From an uncultured Gemmatimonadaceae bacterium (GTDB lineage Bacteria; Gemmatimonadota; Gemmatimonadetes; Gemmatimonadales; Gemmatimonadaceae): a DNA stretch of 64,000 bases. A program made the translations under genes and the position numbers. The notes beneath the pieces are model-generated. The model searched no databases. It was not told where the DNA came from and saw nothing but the letters and a program-made list of their open reading frames with translations. Location of the stretch: assembly GCA_963790305.1 (NCBI GenBank), contig CAWBOC010000007.1, forward strand, positions 1 through 64,000. Direction: 5' to 3'. Shown here in pieces: positions 18,219 to 28,591 of this stretch; position 1 is the stretch's first letter, and the number at the start of each line of letters is the position of its first letter.

Positions 18219-18926
18219 ATGAAAGACTCGATCCGCCACTTCGTCGCGGAGTTCGTAGGGACCTTCGCGCTCGTCTTCATCGGCGGCGGGGCGATTGTCC
18301 TCTCGAAGATGCCGGGCTCGAACGTAGGTCTGGTAGAGGTCGCCCTTGCGCACGGGATAATTCTGGCCGTCATGGTGACCGCCTTGATGCGGATCTCGGG
18401 GCACTTCAACCCGGCGGTCACGATCGCCTTTCTGACGACGCGCCGGATCGGCCCCTTCATGGCAGTGGTCTACGTGCTCGCGCAGCTCCTGGGCGCGATG
18501 TTGGCGGCCTACGCGCTCAAGGCGGGAACTCCGGAGCTGCTGTTCGAGGCGGCGCGCGGCGGTGGACAGGCGGTCTCGCTCGACATCACGACCGGTCAGG
18601 CCTTCATGCTCGAGGCGATCGCGACGTTTTTCCTGGTGTTCGTGATCTTCGGCACCGCGGTCGATCCAAAGGCCCCGCGCGTGGGCGGCTTTGCGATCGG
18701 TCTCACCATTGCGGCGGACATTCTGGCGATCGGCCCGTTCACCGGCGCGTCGATGAATCCGGCGCGCTCGTTCGGGCCGGCGATCGCGACGAACATCTGG
18801 GAGGGCCACCTGATCTACTGGATCGGGCCGATCGTGGGAGCGATCATCGCCGCGCAGCTCTACGAGCTGGTGCTGATGCGGCATCCGGTGGAGCCGGTGG
18901 AGCACGGGCCCATCGAGCCGATTTGA
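18219..18926 (+). CDS. MIP/aquaporin family channel
   Basis: AEFVGTF, SGHFNPAVT, GASMNPARSFGPA, YWIGP. Confidence 0.95.
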   Translation: MKDSIRHFVAEFVGTFALVFIGGGAIVLSKMPGSNVGLVEVALAHGIILAVMVTALMRISGHFNPAVTIAFLTTRRIGPFMAVVYVLAQLLGAMLAAYALKAGTPELLFEAARGGGQAVSLDITTGQAFMLEAIATFFLVFVIFGTAVDPKAPRVGGFAIGLTIAADILAIGPFTGASMNPARSFGPAIATNIWEGHLIYWIGPIVGAIIAAQLYELVLMRHPVEPVEHGPIEPI

Positions 18927-18931
18927 ACGGC

Positions 18932-19025
18932 GAGGTGCTCCAGGTGCTCGAGGTGCTCGAGGTACTCGAGGGGGAACCGCGGTAACCTCGAGCACCTTGA
19001 GCACCTCGAGCACCTCGACTACCTC
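18932..19025. repeat. Tandem-inverted array of GAGGTGCTC 9-mers
   Basis: Four GAGGTGCTC-type units, palindromic spacer ACCGCGGT, four GAGCACCTC-type units. Confidence 0.92.
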
Positions 19026-19033
19026 TGGTTCAT

Positions 19034-20836
19034 ATGGAACAAGTCCTCACTCGACAACAGGGCGAGCTCGTCGCCCTCGAACGCCAGCTCGTGCTCCGCG
19101 TGCGCGATGCGCTCGCACGTGCCGACGGGTCGCGTGCCGACCTCGACCGGCTGGTCGCACTCATCAGCGAGATGGACGAGCTGTTCCTTCTCGTCGTCGT
19201 CGGCGAGTACAACAGCGGCAAGAGCACGTTCATCAACGCACTGCTCGGAGACGAAGTATTCGCCATGGGCGATCTCCCGACGACGCGGGCGATCTCGATC
19301 CTTCGCTACGGTGAGGCGCGGGCACCGGAAGCAGTTGGCGACAACATGTACTTGTACCACTACCCGCTCGATCTGCTGCGCGACCTGCACATCGTCGATA
19401 CACCAGGCACGAATTCCATCGAACGAATGGAGGAAGCGCTCACTCGCGAGTTCGTCCCGCGCGCCGACCTGGTCCTGTTCGTCACCAGTCTGCTTCAGCC
19501 GCTCACGGCGAGCGAGCTCGACTTCCTCGCTCACATTCGCGAATGGGGAAAGAAGGTCGTCTTCGTCGTCAATGGCGTGGATCGCCGAAACTCGGACGAG
19601 CAGATCGATCGCGTTCGCGCTTACCTGACGCGGGAGACTCAAGCGCGCCTCGGCGCCGCCACCCCGACGCTGTATTTCATCAGTGCCCTGCAATCGCTCC
19701 GCGCAAAGGTGGGCGCGCGCAGCGGTGCGACCGGACCAGGCTCATCCGGCGTCGCGGCCGTCGCCACCGCCGAGCTGGATCCGCGCAACGAGTATCCCGC
19801 GCTCGAGCGCTACGTGCTCCAGACGCTCCGCGAGACGGAGCGCGTCCGTCTCAAGCTGCTCACGCCACTCGGCGTTCTGCGGAACCTGCTGAAAAGGAAC
19901 CTGACCGGGCTGGACACGCGCCTCGTCGTCGTCCACGAGGATGCGCGCGTGCTCCGCTCGATCCGCGAGCAGCTCGAGGCGTACTCGAACGAGATGCGGA
20001 CGGATTCCGAGCGCTACCTCCTCGAAGTGCGCAACGTGCTCTACGAAATGGAGCGTCGCGGGCGATCGTGGTTCGAGCGGACGATCAGGATCGGCAACGC
20101 CAACTTCCTCCGAAACAGGGACGCGGTCGAGAACCGGTTCCGCGTCGAAGTCGTACAGGATTCGCCGCAGGCAATCGAGGGCGTGGTGCATCGCATGGTG
20201 GACTGGACGGTACAGCGCAATCTCAAGCTCTGGAGCAGCGTGTTCGCCGAGCTGGATGCACATACGGCGAGGCTTCGCGAATCAGGGGCGCTGGCTCCGC
20301 ATGGCGATACCGAGTTCCAATACAATCGCGAGGAGCTGTTCGCGCGCCTGCGCGAGCCGGTCGAGCGGCGGCTCGGCGAGTTCGACACGGAAAGAGAGGC
20401 GCGGCAGATCGTCGACTCGGTGAAGGAAGCGGTGACTGCCGCGCTCGGGGTAAACGTGCTCGCGCTCGGACTCGGTGGCATTCTCGTGGCCGCGTTCACG
20501 ACCGCGGCGCTCGACGTCACTGGCGTGCTGACCGCGACCATCTTCGCCATCGCCGGCTGGCTGATCATCCCGGCACGCCGGCGAAAGCTGGTCGCGGATT
20601 TCGAGTCGAAGATCGAGAAGCTGAACGAGGACCTGGCGACGCTCCTGAGCGCCAAGTTCGAGGAGCAGCTCACGCGGTACGAGCGGCAGCTCCTCGAGGT
20701 CGTGGCGCCTTACGAGCGCTTCCTCGAGACGGAGCGGACGAAGCTGGAGAGTGGCCTCGAGGAGTTGCGGCAGTCGGAGCGGGAGGTCGCTGCGCTGGAG
20801 CAGCGAGTCGTCGAGACGTTTCCGGAAGGGCGCTAA
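19034..20836 (+). CDS. Bacterial dynamin-like GTPase
   Basis: GEYNSGKST (G1), PTT, DTPG (G3), helical stalk, C-terminal hydrophobic hairpin. Confidence 0.88.
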   Translation: MEQVLTRQQGELVALERQLVLRVRDALARADGSRADLDRLVALISEMDELFLLVVVGEYNSGKSTFINALLGDEVFAMGDLPTTRAISILRYGEARAPEAVGDNMYLYHYPLDLLRDLHIVDTPGTNSIERMEEALTREFVPRADLVLFVTSLLQPLTASELDFLAHIREWGKKVVFVVNGVDRRNSDEQIDRVRAYLTRETQARLGAATPTLYFISALQSLRAKVGARSGATGPGSSGVAAVATAELDPRNEYPALERYVLQTLRETERVRLKLLTPLGVLRNLLKRNLTGLDTRLVVVHEDARVLRSIREQLEAYSNEMRTDSERYLLEVRNVLYEMERRGRSWFERTIRIGNANFLRNRDAVENRFRVEVVQDSPQAIEGVVHRMVDWTVQRNLKLWSSVFAELDAHTARLRESGALAPHGDTEFQYNREELFARLREPVERRLGEFDTEREARQIVDSVKEAVTAALGVNVLALGLGGILVAAFTTAALDVTGVLTATIFAIAGWLIIPARRRKLVADFESKIEKLNEDLATLLSAKFEEQLTRYERQLLEVVAPYERFLETERTKLESGLEELRQSEREVAALEQRVVETFPEGR

Positions 20837-22597
20837 ATGCTGAAGGCGCTGGCGGCTCTGGCGGCGCTGCTGATCGCCTCGCCAACGTGGCTCGGCGCGC
20901 AGGACGCGGATCTCATCCTTCGCAATGCGCGTATCTGGACGGCGGATTCCGCGCGCCCGACCGCCCAGGCACTCGCCGTGCGCGGCGATCGCCTCGTGGC
21001 CGTCGGGAGTGACGCCGAGGTCGAGCGTTTTCGCTCGCCTCGAACCCGCGTGATCAATGCCGGCGGACGATTCGTTACGCCCGGATTCATCAATGATCAC
21101 ACGCACTTCAGCCAGGCGGGCGCGCTCCTCATCGGAGCGAACCTGCTCAATGTGAGCTCGCCGGCGCCATTCGCATCGCGCGTAAAGGCAGCCGTCGGGC
21201 GCATGAGCCCCGGGGCGTGGCTCACCGGAGGAGATTGGGGCGCATACGAGGATTGGTCCGCCAACAGCACTGGCCCGGCCGCTCAGGGGAACGCGCCGCG
21301 ACCGAACCGATTCTCTCCCGATCGCACGATGATCGATTCGATCAGCGGTGCGACGCCGATGCTCCTGAATCGGTGGGACAGGAGTGCCTGGCTTGCCAAC
21401 GGCACCGCTCTCGAGCGAGCTGGGCTGTCGTGCAGCCGACCCGTTCTCGGCCTCGAGTGCGCGAATGGCCGTTCGACCGGTCGCGTCGCCGATTCCGCAC
21501 TCGGCCGCGTACGCGCTGCGATCACTCCCAAGACATTCGATCAGCGCCTCCGCGAGGCGCGTGCCGCCCAACAGCATCTCGCTGAGCTCGGCGTCACGAC
21601 GATTCACGACATCACGCCGCCCTTCCAGCTTCCTGTCTACACCGCGCTCAAGGAGGGCGGGGAGCTCACGGTTCGCGTCTTCGCGCGCCCCACGCTCGAC
21701 AAGTGGCGGCATCTGACCTACTCCGGCGTCTCGCCAGGGTTCGGCGACGATTGGATCCGCATTCGCGCGCTCAAGGGCTTCGTCGATGGCATTCAGGGCA
21801 ACTCGACGGCGCGCTTTTACGAGCCGCAGCTGCACTCTGGGAAGCGCGGCGAATGGCGTGACAGCACCAACACCGGCGCGACCGACGGCCCCGGCTCCGG
21901 CATGCAGCCCGCCGGTAACATGGAGCGCCTGCTCTTCGGACTCGACTCAGCGGGGTGGTGGGCCAACGTCCATGCAATCGGTGATGCCGCCATCGACACG
22001 CTGCTCACGATCATGGAAAAGGTGATCAGGACGAACGGGCCGAAGGAGCGGCGCTGGCGAATCATTCACTCACAGGTCATTCGCAACGCCGCCGTCGCCC
22101 AGCGCTTCAAACGCCTCGGCGTCATCGCCGAGGTGCAGCCGTATCACGCGATCGACGACATGCGGTGGATGGAGGAGCGTATCGGCACACGCGCGCGCTG
22201 GGCGTACGCGTTTCGCACCTTCCGAGACGCCGGCGTCCCGCTGCTGTTCGGCTCCGACTGGCCCGGGACGAACGCGAGCTGGTACACCGCGAATCCAATG
22301 GTCATCCTCTACGCGGCGGTAACGCGGCAGACGGTGGATGGAAAGCCGGAGGGAGGGTGGTTTCCCGAGGAGCGACTCGACCTCGAGACGAGTCTGCGCA
22401 GCTACACGATCAACAACGCCTGGGCCGAGGGCGAGGAGGCGAACAAGGGCTCGCTCAGTGCGGGCAGGCTGGCGGATTTCGTGATCATCGATCGCGACCT
22501 CTTCGCAATTCCGCCGGCGCAGATCAAGGATGCCAAGGTGCTGTTGACCGTCGTTGGCGGGCGCGTCGTACACGCGGCGGCGCCCTTCACGCGGTAA
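20837..22597 (+). CDS. Secreted amidohydrolase (amidohydro_3/YtcJ-like)
   Basis: Signal peptide; PGFINDHTH, KGFVDG, HAIGD, RIIHSQ, GSDWP, GRLADF. Confidence 0.88.
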   Translation: MLKALAALAALLIASPTWLGAQDADLILRNARIWTADSARPTAQALAVRGDRLVAVGSDAEVERFRSPRTRVINAGGRFVTPGFINDHTHFSQAGALLIGANLLNVSSPAPFASRVKAAVGRMSPGAWLTGGDWGAYEDWSANSTGPAAQGNAPRPNRFSPDRTMIDSISGATPMLLNRWDRSAWLANGTALERAGLSCSRPVLGLECANGRSTGRVADSALGRVRAAITPKTFDQRLREARAAQQHLAELGVTTIHDITPPFQLPVYTALKEGGELTVRVFARPTLDKWRHLTYSGVSPGFGDDWIRIRALKGFVDGIQGNSTARFYEPQLHSGKRGEWRDSTNTGATDGPGSGMQPAGNMERLLFGLDSAGWWANVHAIGDAAIDTLLTIMEKVIRTNGPKERRWRIIHSQVIRNAAVAQRFKRLGVIAEVQPYHAIDDMRWMEERIGTRARWAYAFRTFRDAGVPLLFGSDWPGTNASWYTANPMVILYAAVTRQTVDGKPEGGWFPEERLDLETSLRSYTINNAWAEGEEANKGSLSAGRLADFVIIDRDLFAIPPAQIKDAKVLLTVVGGRVVHAAAPFTR

Positions 22598-22602
22598 CGC
22601 GC

Positions 22603-22729
22603 TACTAGGGGTCAGGAGTCAGGGTCAGGGGGTGTCAGGGATCGAGTTACAGGAGAGAACGCCTTCGCTCTCCTGAACCTTCACCCCGACACCCCCTGAT
22701 CCCTGACTCCTGACTCCTGACCCCTAGTA
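22603..22729. repeat. Tandem-inverted array of GGAGTCA-type 7-mers with an inner hairpin, between convergent genes
   Basis: Perfect 21-bp terminal IR TACTAGGGGTCAGGAGTCAGG / CCTGACTCCTGACCCCTAGTA; inner stem CAGGAGAG...CTCTCCTG. Confidence 0.92.
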
Positions 22730-22746
22730 ACCGGTCTTTCGCCTAA

Positions 22747-24201
22747 CTAGATCGAGCAGGGCGGCCGCAGCCCGCGGGCGTCGCACTCCGTGGCCGGAAT
22801 GAGCATGTTCGGGTGAACGACATCCCCCGTCCTGTCGAGCGGCAGGGTGCTGACACGGCCATAGCGTCGCGCATCCACCCACCGCACCCCCTGGCTGAAC
22901 ATGAGGGAATACAGCCGGTTGTAGAGCAGCTCCGTGACGAACGCCGCGTCGGAGCTGACCGCCGTCACCGTCGACGGGGCAAGCCCGCCAGCATGCAGAC
23001 GGACCAGGTTGATATCGGAGATCGCGCCCGGCTTGTCGCCGGTGTTCCACCGAATCTCCGCCCGGAGGAGAAGGAGCTCCTCGTTCGTGATCCACGGAAT
23101 GTCCGCGCCTGTATTGGCCGACAGGTCCGCGTTGTTGTACAGAATCGGCTTGTGGGTGGCCGACAGGCCGTTGAGCGTCCGCGTCCTACCCGCCGCAGCG
23201 ACCTTGCGAGTAAGGCGGAGGTCCGGTGCACCCCCGGGCTGCAGTTGCGCCCCGGTGACAAGTGATGGGTGTGCCCAGTAACGGTTATTGCTCAAGTTCT
23301 CCGTGACCGGGTTGCTCAGCTCGCCCGCCACGCCCGTGTAGCCGTAGTACACTCCGGTTGAAAGGGACCCGGGCAGCCCCGCGTCGGTAATGAAGGACGC
23401 ACCCAGCGCCGTGGCTGCCTGTGCCCAACACGTTGTGCAGTTCTGAAACGTGGCTCGGTGCACGAGCACCTTGGCGGCCAGCGCTCGATTGAATCGCGCG
23501 AAGTTGGCCGGCGTGGTGAACCCCGTGTATCCCGGGACGAAAGTAAAGGGGAAGGCCGTTCCGCCAGCCTGAAGGTCGGCCAGTGCCTCATCGAGCAGGC
23601 CGGAGGCGGCTTGCATGGCGGCGGCCGAGGTCACCAGCGGTGCCGGCGGGGCCTCGATCGGCTGGTCGGTGTCGACCGGCAACCCCGTGGGCCCGCTGCG
23701 GACCGCCAGCTTGTGTAGATGCCACGCCTTGATCGTTTTCGCGAAGCCCTCAGACGCTCTCAACTCCGTCTCCGCCGTGAGGTCCGGCGAGGTGCGCAGC
23801 ACAGAGAGGTAGGTGTTGATCGTGCGAATCGCACCGTATTTCCCCAACCAACCTCCCCCGGCGCGTCCGCCCGGATCCTGTGGGCCGCTCAACTCCTCGC
23901 CCGTCTCGCGCGGATCGTTCCCGAGCAAGTTGTAGAGCTCGCGGCCATAGAGTCCCCACTGCTGGATCTCACCAGCGAGGTCATTGAACGCCTCGATCTG
24001 GATGCCAACGGCCGTGCGGGAGAGCACCGCTCTCGACGGCGCACTGGTCAGCTGATCGTCAGTGGGCGCATTCAGGTTCTCAACGTCGAAATCGCGGCAA
24101 GCGGAGAGTGCTATCGCGCCAACGGCCGCCGCGGCCAGTGCGAGCCGCGCCGTCCGACGCCGACCGCTCGCTCCTTGAAATATTTTCAGGTCGATATTCA
24201 T
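22747..24201 (-). CDS. RagB/SusD-family lipoprotein
   Basis: Lipobox ALSAC, EELLLLRAE, IN.VR, RLYSL...G.RWVD.RR; coupled to the SusC stop. Confidence 0.88.
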   Translation of the reverse strand: MNIDLKIFQGASGRRRTARLALAAAAVGAIALSACRDFDVENLNAPTDDQLTSAPSRAVLSRTAVGIQIEAFNDLAGEIQQWGLYGRELYNLLGNDPRETGEELSGPQDPGGRAGGGWLGKYGAIRTINTYLSVLRTSPDLTAETELRASEGFAKTIKAWHLHKLAVRSGPTGLPVDTDQPIEAPPAPLVTSAAAMQAASGLLDEALADLQAGGTAFPFTFVPGYTGFTTPANFARFNRALAAKVLVHRATFQNCTTCWAQAATALGASFITDAGLPGSLSTGVYYGYTGVAGELSNPVTENLSNNRYWAHPSLVTGAQLQPGGAPDLRLTRKVAAAGRTRTLNGLSATHKPILYNNADLSANTGADIPWITNEELLLLRAEIRWNTGDKPGAISDINLVRLHAGGLAPSTVTAVSSDAAFVTELLYNRLYSLMFSQGVRWVDARRYGRVSTLPLDRTGDVVHPNMLIPATECDARGLRPPCSI

Positions 24202-27143
24202 CAGAACCCCAGAGAGATGTCGAGGAAGAAGGCACGGCTGGGTGGGTAGGCCGCGACGTCCAGGTTGTTTCGCACCGCTGCGGAGCCCAGGTTCGCAACC
24301 TCGGGATCCAGCCCTGTGTACTTCTGGTAGGTGAGCAGGTTGCGACCGCTGAGTGCGATTTTCGCCGTGCGAAGGCCAAGACGCGTTCTGGACACCCACG
24401 CGTCGGGCAACGTCACCCCGACACTGACCTCACGCAGCTTCAGGAAGGTCGCGTCCTCGATATACGGCGTCATCACGCCTTCGTCGTAGCCGCGCATGCG
24501 TGCCGTGTGCGCCGGGGAGCCGAAGTCGTGCGACGTCCCGGCATCATCGTACAGGAACTGCGTCAGGTTGATGATGTCGCCGCCATGCTGATAATCGAGC
24601 ACGACGTTGAACGCGACGGCCTTGTAGGAGACATCGCTCGTGAAGCCCATGCGGTAGTCGGGGGCGGTGTTGCCAATCCGCACATCCCGGGGCGTCCGAA
24701 CCCCGTTCGCGTCGAACGCGCGCCCGATGAGCTGGGTCAGCGGTTGGCCGACCTCGATGAACGTGACTCCGAGTCCACCGAACCCCGAGAGGGGCGGACG
24801 GAATGGCGGAAGGCCCGCAAGGTCCTTCACCTCGCTCCAGAACTTCGTGTAGGTCGTTCGAGCGACCCACAACACGTCTTGCGTCTGGATTGGCGTGAAG
24901 CCGATTGCCGCTTCGACGCCGCGATTCTGAATCTTTCCGCCGTTGAAGACCTGAGTGGTAAACCCGCTCGACGGCGCGGGAACGCGCTGAAGCAGCAGAT
25001 TCGTCGTGTTGCGATCGAAGCCCGTCAGCTCCCAGGTCAACCGCTCGTTGAGCGCGATGCCGTCGATTCCGACCTCGATCTCCTTCACGCGCTCCGGTGA
25101 TACGTCCTTGTTCCCGGCGGCACCGGCGACGACGATGCCGGTCACGCCGCCGAGCGCTGGCGTTCCGAGGGTGGTGAACTTCTGGCCGAACACCGGGAGG
25201 TTGCCCGTCTCGCCGTACGCGATTCGCGGCTTGATCTCGCTTCCCTCACCCAACACACCAAGAATGCGGTACGACCCGGAGATCTTGGGAAAGACGTAGT
25301 AATCGTCAATGCCGCCGTTCATGCTGCTCCGCTCGGCGCGCACCCCACCCTGCAACAGCAGCAGCTCGTTGAGCAGGCGGATCTCCTCCTGCGCGTATAT
25401 CGCGAACGTCCGCTCCTGGGTGAGCTCCTCGGCGGGGAGTGTATTGGTCCCCTGATCGACGTTGCGCTGCCCGGGAAGGAGGTTCGACGTCGTGATGCGA
25501 CTTACCTTGAGCTGCCGGTCCTCGTATTGGAGCCCGACGGAGGTGTTGAGTGACCAGCTGGATGCCGACGGCCGAAACGTGTGAATGGCGTTCAGATTCC
25601 AGTTGAACAGCTGGCTCAGCCCGTCGCCTTCGATGGCCGTCCCGGGCAGCGTCTGCGGACGCTCCGAGAAGAGGTCGTTCGGAGCCCAGAGGTCATTGTT
25701 CTGCTGGAAGGCATCGATGCCGGCGCTGCCGACGAGGCGCAGCGAGTGGGCGTCGGATGCGATCGCGTCGTAGTTGAGCGTCGCGCCACCGGTGAAGCGA
25801 TTCGTCTCCTCATCATTCACCGCCAATTCGGTGAGCTGCACTGAATTGGCCTGAATGCCCCAGTCGGGCGTCAGGAAATTGCCGTTCGCGTCTCTCCTGG
25901 AGAGGTCCACGAAGCTTGGCGTGTACGGGAACGCGTATCCGTGGCACGCGTAGTTGTTACAGTTGTTGTTCCACCCGCGTTGGTGCTCGGAGCGATTGAA
26001 GACCGATGTCACTCGGAGGTCGACGCGACTGCCGAGCTGCTGGGTGAAGTTGGCGCGGAGCGCCTGGCGACCGAAGCCCGTCCCCAGCTCGATGCCGGCA
26101 TCGCGCTTCCACGTGCCGCCTATGAAATAGCGCGTCGCCTCGTTCCCGCCGCTCACATCGACGGCCGTTTCATAGGACAGCTCGTCGTTGCCATACACCT
26201 GCTCGAAATGGTTGAAATAGGGCGACGGGTTGTTGGCGAACCACTGTGCCGCGCTCGCTCCATACGCCGTAACCGCCTCGGCCTGCGTAAACCGCCGGCT
26301 CTCGAGCTCCTTGGCGCGGGTGAAGCGTCCCAGCCGCTGCCTAACGCTCACGCGGGCGGGTCCGCGCTGACCTTGCTTGGTCGTGATGATCACGACGCCA
26401 TTGGCGGCCTTCGAGCCATAGATCGATGACGCGGCGGCTCCCTTCAGGATTTCGATGCTCTCGATGTCGGCCGGATTGATGTCGGCGACCCGATTGACGG
26501 CATCATCCTCGGCCGTGGCGAATGCCGCGGCGCTGATGACGCCGCGACCACTCGCGATACGATCGTTCGAGTAGATCACGCCGTCGACGACGTACAGCGG
26601 GTCGAATGCACCGAGGATGGTGTTGTTGCCCCGGATCTGCATCTGGATTCCACCGCCGGGAGCCCCCGAGTTCGACTGGAGGTTTACGCCGGTGATCTTT
26701 CCGGCGAGCGCGTTCTCGATGGTCGGCGTCGCCACGGTATTGAGCGCTTCACCCGACACGTGGGCGATCGCGGTCGTGGCGCTACGCCGTTCCACCGTCG
26801 TTGCCTGGCCCGTCACGACCACGCCCTCGAGCTGCAGGACATCGCGGTCGAGACCGAAGTCCACGGTGTTCTGGTCGGCGGGCACCGTTCTCGTCGCGCG
26901 CCGGTACCCGATGAACCGAGCGCTCAGGACCTGCTGTCCGGCCGGAGCGGTCAACCGGAACCGTCCCTCCGCACCTGACAACGTTCCCAACGTGGTGCCT
27001 TCCACCGTGATCGTTGCGCCAACGAGCGGGACTGAACTGCCCGCCACGGTCACGGTACCGGTGATCTCGCGGGTCTGGCCCCACAGTGCCTGGGGCAGCG
27101 CGAGCATCACGGCGAGTGCGAAAACAGACGTCCTTCTCAGCAC
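24201..27143 (-). CDS. SusC/RagA-family TonB-dependent receptor
   Basis: CarboxypepD-like N-domain, SGAPGGG, PLYVVDG, DINPADIESIEILKGAAASSIYGSKAANGV, C-terminal Phe. Confidence 0.95.
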   Translation of the reverse strand: MLRRTSVFALAVMLALPQALWGQTREITGTVTVAGSSVPLVGATITVEGTTLGTLSGAEGRFRLTAPAGQQVLSARFIGYRRATRTVPADQNTVDFGLDRDVLQLEGVVVTGQATTVERRSATTAIAHVSGEALNTVATPTIENALAGKITGVNLQSNSGAPGGGIQMQIRGNNTILGAFDPLYVVDGVIYSNDRIASGRGVISAAAFATAEDDAVNRVADINPADIESIEILKGAAASSIYGSKAANGVVIITTKQGQRGPARVSVRQRLGRFTRAKELESRRFTQAEAVTAYGASAAQWFANNPSPYFNHFEQVYGNDELSYETAVDVSGGNEATRYFIGGTWKRDAGIELGTGFGRQALRANFTQQLGSRVDLRVTSVFNRSEHQRGWNNNCNNYACHGYAFPYTPSFVDLSRRDANGNFLTPDWGIQANSVQLTELAVNDEETNRFTGGATLNYDAIASDAHSLRLVGSAGIDAFQQNNDLWAPNDLFSERPQTLPGTAIEGDGLSQLFNWNLNAIHTFRPSASSWSLNTSVGLQYEDRQLKVSRITTSNLLPGQRNVDQGTNTLPAEELTQERTFAIYAQEEIRLLNELLLLQGGVRAERSSMNGGIDDYYVFPKISGSYRILGVLGEGSEIKPRIAYGETGNLPVFGQKFTTLGTPALGGVTGIVVAGAAGNKDVSPERVKEIEVGIDGIALNERLTWELTGFDRNTTNLLLQRVPAPSSGFTTQVFNGGKIQNRGVEAAIGFTPIQTQDVLWVARTTYTKFWSEVKDLAGLPPFRPPLSGFGGLGVTFIEVGQPLTQLIGRAFDANGVRTPRDVRIGNTAPDYRMGFTSDVSYKAVAFNVVLDYQHGGDIINLTQFLYDDAGTSHDFGSPAHTARMRGYDEGVMTPYIEDATFLKLREVSVGVTLPDAWVSRTRLGLRTAKIALSGRNLLTYQKYTGLDPEVANLGSAAVRNNLDVAAYPPSRAFFLDISLGF

Positions 27144-27213
27144 AGGACCTCCGAGAAGAGGGGGGAGAGGAGCGGGGAGGCGAGTTACGATTTCCCGCTA
27201 GGTAGGGCGTTCT

Positions 27214-27241
27214 AAAGTGCTGTCGGGTAAACCAGTGTCAA
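27214..27241 (-). promoter_or_regulatory. Possible sigma70-type promoter for susC
   Basis: Minus strand TTGACA-N16-CACTTT; -35 is perfect, -10 is weak. Confidence 0.3.
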
Positions 27242-27316
27242 GGGCGAGTTAGCCGCGAGTAAGGCGCGGTAAGGAGAATGTGTGGATTGTCATCGCCTGC
27301 GCCGGGTTCGCGCCGC

Positions 27317-28576
27317 TCAATCGCGATGGATGGCCTCGACGGGAGCGAGCCGAGCCGCCTGAAGGGCGGGATAGATGCCGAACACCAATCCGACGAGCAC
27401 CGATGCGCCCACGGCGATGAGGACGGTGCTGAGCGAGAAGCCGGCATGAATCGGGGCCGCGGTCGCGCTTCGCATAACGGCTGTTACGCCGAACGCGGCG
27501 CCCAGTCCCAGCAACACCCCGATCATGCTCCCGAGCGCCGAGATCGTGACGGACTCGGCGAGGAACTGCAGCAGGATGTGGCGCTGTCGAGCGCCAACTG
27601 CCTTGCGGATGCCGATTTCCCGCGTGCGCTCCACGACGGACGCGAGGAGGACGTTCATGATGCCGACGCCACCTACGATCAGGGAGATTCCGGTGAGCGC
27701 GCCCATGAACAGCTTGAAGACGTTCATTCCCTGGCGCGCCTGTTCGACCCGGCTCTCGTTCGTGGAGACGGTGACGCGATCGAACCATCCAGGTCCGTAC
27801 CGCCGCGCGAGCCACCGCTCGGCACGTGCGCGAATCACCGGGACGTCCTCGACGCGATTCGCTCTTATCGCGATCGTGACCGGTCGACCAACGAGGGCGG
27901 GAGGGATCGCGGTGCTGGCCGCGCCGAGTGGCATGAACGCCGCTGGCCCGTGCTCGCCGGTTTCAACGCGCAGCACGCCAATCACCGCGCGCGGCTGCCC
28001 CTGAAAGAGCACCGTGTCGCCGATGAGCGAATCCACGATACGCTCGCTTGCCAGACGGGCCGCAAGCCCCGCGGACAGAACGACCACAGGAGCTGCCCCT
28101 TCCACTTCTTCGCGCGTGTAGAAACGCCCCTTCTCCACTGGGGTTGGCAGCGCCGCCGTGGCGTTCTCGAGCGTGCCATACACCTGCGCGACCCGGGGAA
28201 TCGTGTCGGCCCGGGTCGTCGCGATCGCCTGGCCGGACAGGAGCATCGTCACGATTCCCTTCCCCGCGGTCTCGGCCGCGAGGCTGTCGGACTGAGCCCG
28301 CTGGAAGGCGATGACATCGCTCCGTGGGAAGCGCTCCCCATCCACGGTGCGAAAGAGGGATGGCGTTATCGTAATGGTCTGGAGGTCCGTCGTCTTCTCG
28401 ATCTGCTCACGGGCGTAGCGCTGCATGCCGTCGCCTAACGCCAGAACGGACACGAGCGCCGCCGCGCCCATGATGATGCCGAGGGTGGAGAGCAGCGTGC
28501 GCATGGGGTTCGCACGCAGCGTCTCGATGCCGACCCCGATGGACGCGGCGGATACGCTGTCGGGTCGCTCGGGCAC
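27317..28576 (-). CDS. MacB/FtsX-like ABC transporter permease
   Basis: RTLLSTLGIIMG, ISLIVGGVGIMNVLLASVVERTREIGIRKAVGA, GIYPA..AARL.PVEA. Confidence 0.92.
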   Translation of the reverse strand: MPERPDSVSAASIGVGIETLRANPMRTLLSTLGIIMGAAALVSVLALGDGMQRYAREQIEKTTDLQTITITPSLFRTVDGERFPRSDVIAFQRAQSDSLAAETAGKGIVTMLLSGQAIATTRADTIPRVAQVYGTLENATAALPTPVEKGRFYTREEVEGAAPVVVLSAGLAARLASERIVDSLIGDTVLFQGQPRAVIGVLRVETGEHGPAAFMPLGAASTAIPPALVGRPVTIAIRANRVEDVPVIRARAERWLARRYGPGWFDRVTVSTNESRVEQARQGMNVFKLFMGALTGISLIVGGVGIMNVLLASVVERTREIGIRKAVGARQRHILLQFLAESVTISALGSMIGVLLGLGAAFGVTAVMRSATAAPIHAGFSLSTVLIAVGASVLVGLVFGIYPALQAARLAPVEAIHRD

Positions 28577-28591
28577 GTGGTCGTGTGGCCG

